A stretch of DNA of 64,000 bases from Mobula hypostoma (lineage: Eukaryota): the NCBI RefSeq assembly GCF_963921235.1, contig NC_086097.1:164426001-164490000 (forward strand). Reading direction: 5' to 3'. Made by a program: the position numbers and the translations under genes. The notes beneath the pieces were generated by a model. That model had not been told where the DNA came from. It did not search any database and worked only from the letters and a program-made list of their open reading frames with translations. Positions 25,699 to 37,589 of this stretch are shown in pieces (the stretch's first letter is position 1; each line of letters begins with the position of its first letter).

Positions 25699-26980
25699 AT
25701 GGATCGAAATAAGATTATAAGTTGGTGTGAATTGGAGGAGGTACCGGTGAATCGTGCGTGTGTGGTAAGCGGGGTCGATTATCGCATTCCGGCAGAGGTA
25801 CTGGTGGGAGGGTTGAGTTTGATTAAAGGTATCGGGCAGGTAGAACTTGTAGCTAGAAGGGGTGGGAAAGACCTGGAGGCTAGCTGGATGTTGGTGCGGA
25901 CGAGTGCCGACATCATGACTTTGGAACTACCAGCGACAGTCCATGCCCCGGGGGAGAAGGGGCCGTGGGGTCTCCACACTCTCCCCGAGGACGCAAGTGA
26001 GGAGGTGCCGGAGAAGGAGGAGCTAGATGAGACCCCAAGGGAGGTGCCAGTAGCCAGGGGTGGAGGTGTGGAGTGGGAAGGTTTGGCCAGGCCCGGGATG
26101 AGACTGCCGAGTTAACGGCTGCCATTAACTCCCTGGCGAGAAGGGTTGAGGGGCACCGCCCGAAGCTGAGAATTTTCTCGGGAGCCAAGCCCACCCCGGA
26201 AGGGGAGGATGACTATGATACCTGGGTTGAAGATACATCCCAATTGTTACAGGTGTGGCCAGTTTCGGATGAGGAAAAGAGACAGCGATTGGTGGAAAGC
26301 TTAAGGGGCGGGGCGGCCCGGGTGGTCCGCGATCTGAGAGCGACACGCCCCTTGGCTTCCCTGTCGGAGTGTTTGGACTGTCAGGGGATCCCTGGCGGCA
26401 TTTAGCGGAGTTTCAACGGATGGGGCAGAGAAGAGGGGAAAAGCTCTCAGACTATGCTTTCAGGCTGGAAGGAAAGCTTACGGGGTTGCTGCGACGAGGG
26501 GTAGTGAGGGAGGACGAAGTGGCGGAGTTAAGGATGAGCCAGATATGTAGCGGTTCCCGGGAGGATGACAGGGTGGCTTGGAGCGTACAGCAGTCATTTA
26601 AGCAGAGCCCCCCTCTATCATTCGGACAGCTGATCCAAGAGGTACGGGCCGAGGAGTATGCTTTGGGCCGACCAGGGGGCTCGGACCCTCAGGGACGGTC
26701 TTCAGCGGTTCAGGAGGTGGTAGTCGGGGTGAGACCAGAGAAATCCAAGGGGTCTCCGGAGGGCCGTATCGGGAGGAGAGAGGCGGCGAGTAGTGGGTGC
26801 TATAACTGTGGGAGAGAGGGGCATTTCCGCCGAGAATGTGAGTGGCCGGGTGCGTGCTACCGCTGTGGGGAAGCTGGCCAATTGCGGAAGGATTGTGAGA
26901 GACGAGATGCGCCGAGGGGGGAGGGCTCCCGGGCCACTAAGAAGGAAGAGGTGTCGGGAAACTTAGGAGAGGCTCAGTGA
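25699..26980 (+). pseudogene. Gypsy gag (PNMA-type N-terminal domain and capsid, two CCHC knuckles), frameshifted
   Basis: ISWCELEEV...; KLRIFSG...W...EKRQRLVESLRG; CYNCGREGHFRREC and CYRCGEAGQLRKDC. Confidence 0.9.
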
Positions 26981-27016
26981 GGGAACAGACTGGAGTCTCG
27001 GGAGGAACACGTTCCC
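26956..27016 (+). promoter_or_regulatory. -1 ribosomal frameshift signal (G_GGA_AAC plus H-type pseudoknot)
   Basis: Heptamer 26956-26962 in gag phase; 6-nt spacer; stem 1 26969-26978/26989-26999; stem 2 gggaac 26981-26986/gttccc 27011-27016; pol lies in the -1 frame. Confidence 0.8.
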
Positions 27017-27033
27017 AGAAAACCGCTATGTAA

Positions 27034-30000
27034 CCCCGGAAAGAACAAGCCCAAATTCCTGACGGACTGGTGGGACCCCGTTCCAGCGTGTTCCTACGGA
27101 TAGAGGGAATCTTTGCGAAAGCCATCCTTGACACCGGGTCGCAGGTTACCTTACTGTACCGGTCGTTCTACAACAAATATCTGAAACATTTGGCAGTCAC
27201 TCCGTTTAAAGCATTGGAGATTTGGGGCAGAAGTGATGGTGATTACCCGTACGATGGATACTTGTCAGTGAGATTGGAATTTTCAGAGGGAGATGTGGGA
27301 GTATCGGAAGCCTTTGAGACGCTGGTGTTGGTTTGTCCGGACCCGGTGGAGACCGGTGGTGCTGCCCTGTTGGTGGGGACTAACTCCCCTCTGGTGCGAC
27401 AGCTCTTGGGAGCCTGTAAGAAGAAGGGTGGGGAGAACTTTTTGGAGACCCTCTCGGTACACCCCGTGTTGCGAGCGGTGTACGAAGGAGTGAGTGACCC
27501 CCAGGGGCTGGATCCTGAGTGTAAACGAGGGACGGTGTGGTGCACTCAGGCGAGGCCTAAGGTGATACGGCCAGGGGAGGCGGCATTAGTGATGGGGACC
27601 CACAGATTCCCCGGATTACCGCCGGGCGAGGCCCTGCTAGTAGACGCCCCCGACGACCTGGAAAGGGAGTCCCGGTTCCCGGCTGGGGCGCTGGTGAGAC
27701 CTGAATTGCAAAGGCCCTCAGCTGTACAGGCACGGCGGATGGGGGTGATGGTAAGGAACATAACGGAGAGGGAGATCACCTTTAAGCGCGGGATGCCCCT
27801 TGCGCACTTGTTCCCGGTGACGGTGATGTCTAGCGCCCCCGTGAAGCCTACTGGAGGGAAACTATTGGGAAACGGGGGGCGGCTGACCGAGGAGGCCTTT
27901 TAATTTTGAAAACTCCCCTGTACCGCCGGAGTATAAGAGCAGGCTGGTGGAGAAGATGCTGAAGTTAGGGGGTGTCTTTTCTCAGGACGAGTTTGATGTA
28001 GGGTGTTCCAAGAGCACTCGGCACACCATTCGGGTGACAAATGACACCCCGTTTAGGGAGAGGTCGCGGCGGTTGGCCCCAGCAGAGGTGGAAGATGTGC
28101 GGCAATTGAAAGACGCAGGGATTATTGTGGACTCCCGAAGCCCCTATGCGTCCCCCATAGTGGTGGCAAGGAAGAAAAATGGGAAGGTACGCATGTGCGT
28201 GGACTATAGGACCCTGAACCGCCGCACTGTTCCTGACCAATATACGGTCCCGAGGGTGGAAGATGCCTTGGCCTGTCTGAGTGGTGCACAGTGGTTCAGT
28301 GTATTGGATTTGCGGAGTGGGTATTACTAGATTCCAATGAGTGAGGCCGATAAAGAGAAGACGGCCTTTATCTGCCCCCTGGGGTTTTTCCAGTTCGAAC
28401 GAATGCCCCAAGGCATCTCGGGGGCCCCAGCCACCTTCCAGCGGCTCATGGAGCGGACAGTGGGGGACATGAACCTGCTGGAGGTGTTGGTGTACCTGGA
28501 CCACCTGATGGTGTTTGGATCTACGTTGGAGGAACATGAGGAGCGGCTGCTGAAGGTGCTGAGTTGGCTGAAGGAGGAAGGATTAAAACTTTCCCTGGAT
28601 AAATGTCAGTTCTGCAAGACGTCAGTCAGTTATGTTGGGCACATAATCTCGCGAAGTGGAGTGACCACCGATCCGGATAAGATAGCCGCAGTCACCACCT
28701 GGCCGAGACCTCAGAAGGTGAGCGCCTTACGCTCGTTTTTGGGGTTTTGCGGGTATTACCAGCGGTTCGTGAAAGGATATGCGAAAATGAGTCATCCATT
28801 GAACCAGCTGCTGTGTGGCTATCCACCTGTGGGGAGGAGGAGGAAGGGAGACCGAGGGTCGGAGGTAGGAGGATACTTGAACCCGGGGGAGCCTTTTGGA
28901 TTGAGGTGGGATGCTCAATGTGAGGAGGCGTTCCAATCTCTGAAAAGGGCGCTGACACTGGCCCCAGTGTTGGCATTTGCTGATCCCCGGAAGCCGTATG
29001 TTCTACACACTGATGCCAGCCACGACGGTCTGGGGGCTGTTCTGTACCAGGAACAGGGAAACGGATTGAGGCCGGTAGTGTTTGTCAGTCGGAGTTTGTC
29101 GCCATCTGAGAGAAACTATCCCACTCACAAGCTGGAGTTCTTGGCGTTGAAATGGGCGGTGGTGGACAAGTTGAGTGACTACCTATATGGGGCCCAGTTT
29201 GAGGTGAGAACCGATAACAACCCCTCACTTATATCCTGACCTCGGCTAAGTTGGATGCTACTGGGCACCGGTGGTTAGCAGCCTTGTCTGCCTATGAGTT
29301 CAGCCTGAAGTACCGCCCGGGGAGTCGGAACATCGATGCAGATGCCCTGTCTCGTCGGGTGTACGACGAGTCGGGCACGGCTGAGGAGTGGAAGAGTGTC
29401 CCTGCCCAGGGAGTAAAGGCCATGTGTCAAGTTGGGAGCGACAGGGAAGTAGGAGCACTGATGGGAACTGATCGGGCAGTAGATCAACTGGGGGCTGACG
29501 ATGATGCGCTGCCCACTGTTTACTGTAATGTGACTGCTCTGAGGAACAGGCAGCTGCCGGAGTTGAGACCCCAGGAAATGGAGGTGGCTCAGCATGATGA
29601 CCCAAGCATTGGCACTATCTGGTACGCGGTTAGCCAGGGTGATATGGGGCAGGTGGAGAAGGTGAAACATGCCTCCGTTCCCCTACTACTGAAGGAGTAG
29701 CCTCGGTTGAAGCTGAAGAACCACGTCCTGTACCGGGTCACGTCGCCTCCGGACCACCCCCGGCGCTAGCAGCTGGTCATGCCTGAGAAGTATCGAAAGG
29801 CTGTGCTCCAGGCTCTACATGATGATTCTGGGCACTTAGGGGTAGAGAAGACCTGTGGATTACTCAAGGACCGGTTTTACTGGCCCCGGATGAGGGGGGA
29901 GGTTGAAGAATACTGTAAGACCTGTAGCTGTTGCGTCAGGAGGAAGACCTTGCCTGTGCAGGCGGCTCCGTTATCCCACTTGCAGAGTGCGGGACCCATC

Positions 30001-31513
30001 GGCCTGGTGTGTATGGATTTCCTGTCTATTGAGCCAGACACCAGCAACACCGTGAATGTCTTGGTCCTCACGGATCACTACACTAGATATGCGCAGGCTT
30101 TTCCTACTAAGGATCAGAAAGCAACTACAGTGGCGAAGGTGTTATGGGAGAAGTACTTTGTTCATTATGGCCTTCCCCGGCGGATCCACAGTGATCAGGG
30201 ACGGGACTTCGAGAGCAGGCTTATACATGAATTGCTGGATATGCTTGGGGTTGAAAAGTCCAGAACCACCCCCTATCACCCGCAGGGTGATCCTCAACCC
30301 GAGAGGTTTAACCGGACCCTGCTGGACATGCTCGGCACCTTGAGATTGGATAGAAGAGTAAGTGGAGTCGACACATTGCCCATTTGGTTCATTGTTACAA
30401 TTGTACTTGCAATGATGCTACGGGGTACTCGCCCTACTATCTGATGTTCGGATGGGAAGCGAGGTTGCCCATTGATCTGTGTTTTGGGACTGAAGCGGGG
30501 GAAATACCTTCGAAGCCATGTCTGAAGTACGTGTCCGATATGAGGAGAAAGTTGAAAAAGGCGTACGAGTTGGCTGAGGTGGCAGCCACCAAGCAGAACC
30601 AGCGGAATAAAAGGAGGTATGATCAGAAGGTAAAGTTCATCCAGCTATTGCTGGGAGACCGAGTCCTTATCCGGAATTTAGGACTACAGGGTAAGCACAA
30701 GTTGGCAGACCGTTGGGCAGTCACCCCCTACGTGGTGGAGAGTCAGATGCCGAATCTCCCGGTTTACCGGGTGAGACCTGAGGGCGGGCAGGGGCCTGTC
30801 AAGGTACTCCATCAGAACCATCTGTTGCCTCTGGGTCGAGAGGTGAAGATGGACCCAGAGCCCGAATGGGAGTTTACTCCTATTACGAGGACTCTGTGAG
30901 GGCGCGGGGCGCGGGAGAGCCCGCTGCGAAGAGAACGGGGCCAGTCCCCACCTCGAGAAGGGATACGTCATCGGAAGATGATGAGTCGGACGTGTGGTAC
31001 CTGCTTCCGTTCGCTGATTCCCCGGTGCCGGGAGAAGAGACTCCTGGCCCTTCCATCACTGAGTCAGGGGAACCGAGGGAGGGTGTTGCAGAGCCGCCTG
31101 TATTACAGCCGGGATTGGGGGAGGGTGTTGCAGAGTCGCCTGTATTACAGCCGGGATTGGGGGAGGGTGTTGCAGAGCCGCCTGTATTCCAGCCGGGATT
31201 GGGGGAGGAGAGGGTGGAGGCAGAAGCCGAGCCAGAGGGCTCACAGGGGCAGAGGGATCCCAGTGAGGGGGAAGGTCCGACAGATAGGCTCGAGGGGTCA
31301 ACTGGGGTGTCTGAACAGGGAGAGTCAGCAGAGGAAGTACAGAGGCCTCAGAGGAGTAGGCATCCCCCGGAAAGACTCACTTGTATAGCGCCGGGAGAGC
31401 AGGGTGTGATCTCTACTGCCCTGCAAAGTTATGTCACTGCTTTATGCACCTGGATTGGGTTTTGTGTTTTACAAGGAGCACTGGTGAACTCTGTTAATGT
31501 CATGAGGGCATGA
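27034..31513 (+). pseudogene. Gypsy pol (PR-RT-RH-IN plus acidic C-terminal tail), disrupted
   Basis: ORFs 27070, 27947, 28337, 29251, 29779, 30384 and 30866 with canonical motifs. Confidence 0.92.
31079..31204 (+). repeat. 3 x 42-bp tandem repeat encoding EGVAEPPVLQPGLG
   Basis: Units start at 31079, 31121 and 31163. Confidence 0.95.
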
Positions 31514-31520
31514 CTTTTTG

Positions 31521-31534
31521 TGGTGGAGGGAGAG
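31521..31534 (+). promoter_or_regulatory. Polypurine tract
   Basis: tggtggagggagag directly before the TG of the 3' LTR. Confidence 0.8.
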
Positions 31535-34246
31535 TGTACAGGGTCTTTCTTTTGTTACATTTAAAATGGCGACTTTGTTATGTTAATCTGGGGAATGCGG
31601 CTTTGTTGTGCTTTCACGCTGAAGAGAGTTTGCGCTAACAGTTGTTTTACTTTAAAATGAGATCAGAGTTCTATTAGCCAATGGGTGGTTATGTATCGTT
31701 TTGTTTTCGGATACCATGCTGTATGATATGACTGTGGACTGAGTTTTGGCGGGGAGTCGGAGGAGAGACGAGGAAGACCGCGGATGTGTGGAGAGGTTCC
31801 GGTTGATCACTCAGGGTGGTCCCGAGCCATGAGTCGACGTAATTCCGGTGGTTGTCTGAAGTTGAATTGAGCTCCAACGCAGCGCGCAAAGAACTTGGAC
31901 TTTGATAAGTGTTGGCGCCTTTTTTTTTCATTACTTTCCTCTCTGTATCAAATGTATATTAATGTCATAGAATTAGTAATATCTATAAAGTGTATTTGTT
32001 AAAATTCACTGGGTGTGCTGGCTGATGATTGATGTTTGTGATTGATTCGGGCGGCGACCAACCCTGTGGGGAGTGTTGAGGCGGGTGCTGGGCTGGATTT
32101 CCCCTAGACATACACAAGCCAATATAAACTGAACGTTACAAATATATGGAACGAACTTTCAGAAATAGTGGCTGAAGCAGGCACGTTGGCAACATTTAAA
32201 AATTGTTGAGTTAAGTACATGGATTGAAGAGGTTTGAAGGACTATAGGCCAAACACAGGCAGATGCAATTAATACATGAGGATGAGTTGGGCCAAAGGGC
32301 CTATATCCATGCTGTATAACTCTAACACTGATTCTACTTATCATTTTGATTCTTTAAGTTACAGATACAATGGACAAGAACAGTTGCATGACAACTAATC
32401 ACAAAATGTATTGCAAATATTACGTTACAGATGTAAAGGAGTTATCTTTATTTACAACAGGCAACCGATTGCAAATGGTTGAAGTGGGAAATATTTCAAT
32501 ATTTGTTGAGACGAAACTACAAGCCAACCTTGTTCAGGAATGTCACAACATCTCCACAATTAAACCGACCAACACATGTAATTGGAACATCATGTGTACT
32601 TTAAAAGACAGGGAAAATGTATAGATTCATAGAGCAATACAGCATGGACACAGGCCTTTTGACCCAACATGTCTATGCTGACCGCCAGCTAGACCCACTT
32701 TCTTGCATTCAGCCCATATCCCTCTCAACCTTGCTGCTGTATGTGCTTGTCAAAGTGATATTATTGTATCTGCCTCACCCACTTCCTTGTTCAATGCTTA
32801 CTATCTCACTACCCTCTGTGTGAAACAGTTGCCCCTCAAGTCACTTTTAAATCTTTCTCTTCTCATCCTAAATCTATTCCCCCTAGTTTTGGACTCCGCT
32901 ATGCTAGGGAAAACATTGCAACCATCCACCTTATCTATGCCCCTCTAGATTTTATAGACCTTTATTAGGTCGCTTCTCAATCCCAATGCTCTAAGAGATA
33001 AAGACCTAACCTAGCCAACCTCTCCATATACCTCAGGTCCTCTTGTACTGCATACATTTCTGTACTTGTTCTAGTTTAAGTACTTGTTTCCTATCACAGG
33101 ATGACCAAAACTGTACACAGTACTCCAAGTGTGGCCTTACCAATGATTTATACATCAGCAACATAGCAACCCAAATCCTATATTCAATGCCCTGACTGAC
33201 AAAGACCAGCAAAGACCAACTTCTTTTCAGCACCCTGTCTATCTGTGATGCTGCCTTCAATGAACTATGCACTTGTACTCATGGGTCCCTCTGTTCCATT
33301 ACATTATCCAGGGCCCTACCATTTATTGTATAAGTCCTGGTTTGATCTATGATAATTTTCTTCACTGTCAATCACACATCCTCATTTTATGTCATCCACA
33401 AACTTACTGAACAAGCCCGATGTATTCACATCCAAATCATTTATATACAGTAAATCACAAATAATAAAAGTCCTAATGCGAATCCCTACAGCACTCCACT
33501 AGTCTCTGGCCTCCATTCCAAGAAACAAAGTTCAACCACCCCCTCTGTTTCCTACCTCCAAGGCAATTCCGAATCCCCCTAGCTAGCTCTCCCTGCACTC
33601 ATGCCACCTGACCTTCCAAACCAGCTAACCATTTAGGACCGGGGTGTCAAACTCATTTTAGGTCACCGGCCGGATTGGGTAAAATGCGATTTCATGCGGG
33701 TTGGATCAGTTGTGCACGTGCACGTGCTCCCACAGCTTTCATTGCCTTCGTTTTTTCAACCTGCTCTCGTGTGTCTCAGTCTCTGCTATAACTACTAAGT
33801 GTTTCACTTTATGAATTTCATTTCTTGTGAAGAAGATTGCCTAGCAAGCATTATTTTTATGATTGGTATTAACTTACAGTCGTAGGCTACAAGAAAGTTG
33901 TGATGAGAGAGAGAAAAAACGATGCTATTTTGGCTAAGGTTGTTTTGGGAGCCACACCCTTTCCATTAATAAACCGTTTGAAATCGAACATTAGCAGACA
34001 CAAATGTAGACCTAACGAAACAAATTGTAAATGGAGGCTGCACAACTGCGCCTAATGTTTATTAGCCTGCTTCCAGCAATCAAACTCAGACAATGAACAC
34101 AGTTAGCTTCTAATTTTTATTGAAGTGATCACATTTACAATAATAAAATAGTCAGAAAATGAATGAATCACAATATTATGACACTCAATATTTCATAATG
34201 CATTTTGCTTACATGTCACAGTGCATCAAATGGTGTCACTCATTTT

Positions 34247-36815
34247 TCACTTGCTGCTTCCAGACACCTGACATCTCTTGGCTTTAACCAGCCTGTCAAC
34301 ATCAGGGACCAGTTTCTGGGCAGTTGTGATTTTCATAATGTCATTTAGATGTCTGTGTGTCAGCTGCGAGCGCAGTTTGGATTTGTTAATGTTCATTATG
34401 GAGAATGCATGCTCACAGAGGTATGTTGTCCCGAACATGCAAAGGATCTTTGAGGAAAAGCCTGTCATCTTGGGGTACATCGGTCCCAGGTATTGATAGA
34501 ATGAGTCCAGACCCACAGTCTCAAATTTATATTTCAAAGCCGAATTACACTGAATTTCAATTAGTTCCATTTGGAGTTCCTCTGGCACATCTGATGCTGC
34601 GTTGACAGCAAACAGCGAGCAAAATAGTGAGAATTCCTTCTCGAGCTGAGTGAAGACTTGGAAACGATTCTGAAACTCACTTTTCAGCCGTGATATTTTG
34701 TCCTTGTACCTGTCCATGTTGTCATTATTCCCATGAGTGACACACACAGACTGCAAAGAGGGGAAATGAGCTGGGTTGCTCCTGGATAGTTGCATCTCCC
34801 ACAGGCCTAATTTAATGTGAAAGGCACGAATGCTGTCGTAGTATTCTGTAACAAGTTTGTTGCAGCCTTGCATGTTAACATTAAGCAAATTTAAGTGCTC
34901 TGTTACAGCTTAATGTGAAAAAGACTAAGGAGCTGGTGGTGGACCTGAGGAGAGCTAAGGTACCGGTGACCCCTGTTTCCATCCAGGGGGTCAGTGTGGA
35001 CATGGTGGATGATTACAAATACCTGGGGATACAAATTGACAATAAACTGGACTGGTCAAAGAACACTGAGGCTGTCTACAAGAAGAGTCAGAGCCGTCTC
35101 TACTTCCTGAGGAGACTGAGGTCCTTTAACATCTGCCGGACGATGCTGAGGATGTTCTACGAGTCTGTGGTGGCCAGTGCTATCATGGTTGCTGTTGTAT
35201 GCTGGGGCAGCAGGCTGAGGGTAGCAGACACCAACAGAATCAACAAACTTATTTGTAAGGCCAATGATGTTGTGGGGATGGAACTGGACTCTCTCACGGT
35301 GGTGTCTGAAAAGAGGATGCTGTCTAAGTTGCATGCCATTTTGGTCAATGTCTCCCGTCCACTACATAATGTACTGGGTGGGCACAGGAGTACATTCAGC
35401 CAGAGACTCATTCCACCAAGATGCAGCACAGAGCGTCATAGGAAGTCATTCCTGCCTGGGGCCATCAAACTTTACAACTCCTCCCTTGGAGGGTCAGACG
35501 CCCTGAGCCAATAGGCTGATCCTGGACTTATTTCATAATTTACTGGCATAATTTACATATTACTATTTAACTATTTATGGTTCTATGACTATTTATTATT
35601 TATGGTGCAACTGTAACGAAAACCAATTTCCCCCTGGGATTAATAAAGTATGACTATGACTGTATCCACCAAAAATGCAAGATCATGAAGCCAGTCTGGG
35701 TCATCCAACTCTGCCACTGGCTTCTCTTTCTCGTTCATGAATAATCCAATTTCTGCACGTAATTGATAAAAACATTTGAGCACAACCCCTCTGCTCAACC
35801 AGCGGAATTCAGTGTCATAGGGTAGACTGTGTCCAATATTACTTTCGGACAAAAGAGTGTCAAGTTGCCGATGGTTGAGTCCCTTGGCTCTAATAAAATT
35901 AACCGTTTTGATTACTACATCCATGATATTGTCCATTTTCAGGGTCCCGCTACATAACGCCTCTTGGTGTATAATACAATGAAAATTCCAGAATTCCTGC
36001 TGTGGATTCTCTGTCTGAACTTTCTCTCTGAGTTTCACAACAACACCCGCCTCTTTCCCGACCACGGACGGTGCGCCATCTGTTACCACGCTGACAGCGT
36101 GACTCCAGTCAACCCCCAGTCTGTCCAAGGCCTCTACGAGGCTGGAGAAAACGTCGTTCGCTGTTGTGTTTGTCATGGGCACCATCTCCACAAACTCCTC
36201 GGTGACAATCAAAGATGCATCAACACCACAAATAAATGCTCCCAACTGAGCTACATCAGTCACGTGGGTGCTCTCATCAATTGCAATAGAGAAGGCAATA
36301 AATGACTTCACTTTGTCTTTTAGTTGACTGTTCAAATCTCCTGCAAGGTCCCCGATTCTCTCTGCCACAGTATTTCTTGACAAGTTGATATTACCAAAAG
36401 CCTGTCTCTTCTCAGGGCACACCAGCTCAGCCGCCGTCAGCATGTATGCTTTGATGAATTCCCCCTCTGAGTATGGCTTTGACGCAGCAGCTATTTTGTT
36501 GGCAATAATATAGCTGGCCTTGACAGCTCCATCATGAGTCTCTCGACTTTTGGTGAACACTGATTGCTGTTCTTTCAGAGCTGTTTCAAGCTTGTTTGCC
36601 TTTTGCGTTCTGAGTCGTCCTGCGTACTTGTCATATTTTTCTCCATGTGACGTCTCATAGTGCCGTCTGATATTGTACTTTTTTGCCACAGCCACTTGTT
36701 GCGAGCGTATCAAACACATAGGTTTGCTGTTGACCTCACAGAAGAAAAGATGGTCTTTCCGATTATCATTGAATATCCGACCTTTGATGTCAACTTGTCT
36801 TTTCTTTGAAAGCAT
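34247..36815 (-). pseudogene. hAT transposase split by a LINE insertion (36815-35664 plus 34906-34247 = 603 aa in frame)
   Basis: BED-like finger; DEST, TDGAPS, HCIIHQE, FRW and TYLCE motifs; junction reads VD|VTEHLN. Confidence 0.9.
34907..35663 (+). mobile_element. 5'-truncated Rex1/Babar LINE inside the hAT transposase
   Basis: KTKELVVD...YKYLG...SRLYFLRRLRSF...FYESVV; aataaa plus (tatgac)n tail. Confidence 0.9.
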
Positions 36816-37322
36816 TTTGAACCACAGCAGCAAACAGTCTAAGCCTTGCGACAGGTGTTACTTACCTGAGTACTCTGTTTGTTTACACTGTGTCTGACGA
36901 CGTAAGTAGAGCCCTAGTTGTCTTCAGTGCAGGGTGGTAGGTGCTTAGGCACTGCGGGTGGTTAACTGCCGCCTATTGTTTTCTAAGTACACAAAACAAG
37001 CTGCGGGCACAGACAGCAGTGGGGAAAGAGCGGCGAGGGAGAGAGAACGAGCCGGATTGGACACCCCTGATTTAGTACTTTGTAAAGGACCTTGCTAAAG
37101 CCAAATAGACAACATCCATTTCCCTACTCTTTTTGTTAACTCATTTATCTTTTTTGATCCACCTAAGAACTGCTTAGTCACTACACTTCTCCATGTCTTA
37201 TACAAGTAATTGGTCAAAGCCGCTCTTTTTATATACAGTATTTAAAGTAAAAGGCAGTTAACATGGAAACCATATTTCTGCTGAACATTTGAAAATACCT
37301 GTGAAGCTTGTGTATATGACAG

Positions 37323-37448
37323 CCCTGCCAAAGGGTTTCAGCCCGAAATGTTGACTGTACTTTTTTTCCATAGATGCTGCCTGGCCTGCTGAGTTCTTCC
37401 AGCATTTTGTGTGTTGCTCAGATTTCCAGCATCTGCAGATTTTCTCAT
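37323..37448 (+). mobile_element. 126-bp Penelope-pLTR-derived insertion
   Basis: Same motif as 25050-25147; 15-bp TSD ttgtgtat(a/g)tgacag (37308-37322 and 37449-37463). Confidence 0.8.
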
Positions 37449-37589
37449 TTGTGTATGTGACAGTGTTGCTATTTCTCATGACAAACAAGAAATAAAACTT
37501 TCATCATCCAAATCTAAGAAGGTTTTATCATCAGTTCCTATATATTGCTTAAAGATATTCTTAAACTGAATTTATGAATGTTTTGACTG

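Larger units (their letters stand above)
23922..32140 (+). mobile_element. Full-length Ty3/Gypsy LTR retrotransposon with PNMA-like Gag, inactivated by stops and frameshifts
   Basis: Near-identical LTRs TG...TTACA (23922-25626 including the insert; 31535-32140); PBS; PPT; gag, PR (LDTGSQ), RT (YLDH for YLDD), RNase H (TDAS), IN (HHCC, D-D-E). Confidence 0.97.
23735..32330 (+). mobile_element. CR1 3' fragment (23735-23921 plus 32141-32330) split by the Gypsy element
   Basis: RRMRGDLIEVYKIM...; gtggtgggta|tatggaacgaact rejoins across the Gypsy. Confidence 0.8.
33639..37069 (-). mobile_element. hAT (Buster/SPIN/GTF2IRD2-like) DNA transposon
   Basis: TIRs ccggggtgtcaaa and ttggacacccctg; 8-bp TSD atttagga/atttagta (33631-33638 and 37070-37077); transposase motifs. 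Confidence 0.95.
32618..37170 (-). mobile_element. CR1 LINE RT/3' part, interrupted by the hAT
   Basis: LVRPHLEYCVQFWS (ORF 33033-33272); CR1 sequence resumes after 37077. Confidence 0.8.

Noticed and set aside
25693..26980. Host PNMA/MOAP1 gene
   Set aside because: It is embedded in a complete LTR element with pol, and it is frameshifted.
27965..28537. Long antisense ORFs over Gypsy pol and the LINEs
   Set aside because: Shadow frames of GC-rich coding sequence with no independent motifs.
31079..31204. CRISPR-like array
   Set aside because: These are head-to-tail repeats with no spacers, in eukaryotic retroelement context.
34247..36833. Domesticated GTF2IRD2/ZBED-like host gene
   Set aside because: It has TIRs and a TSD, sits inside a CR1 and is split by a LINE, so it is a transposon copy.
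36861..36868. Minus-strand CAG|GTAAG donor upstream of the hAT ATG
   Set aside because: No plausible acceptor within the roughly 45 nt before the ATG.
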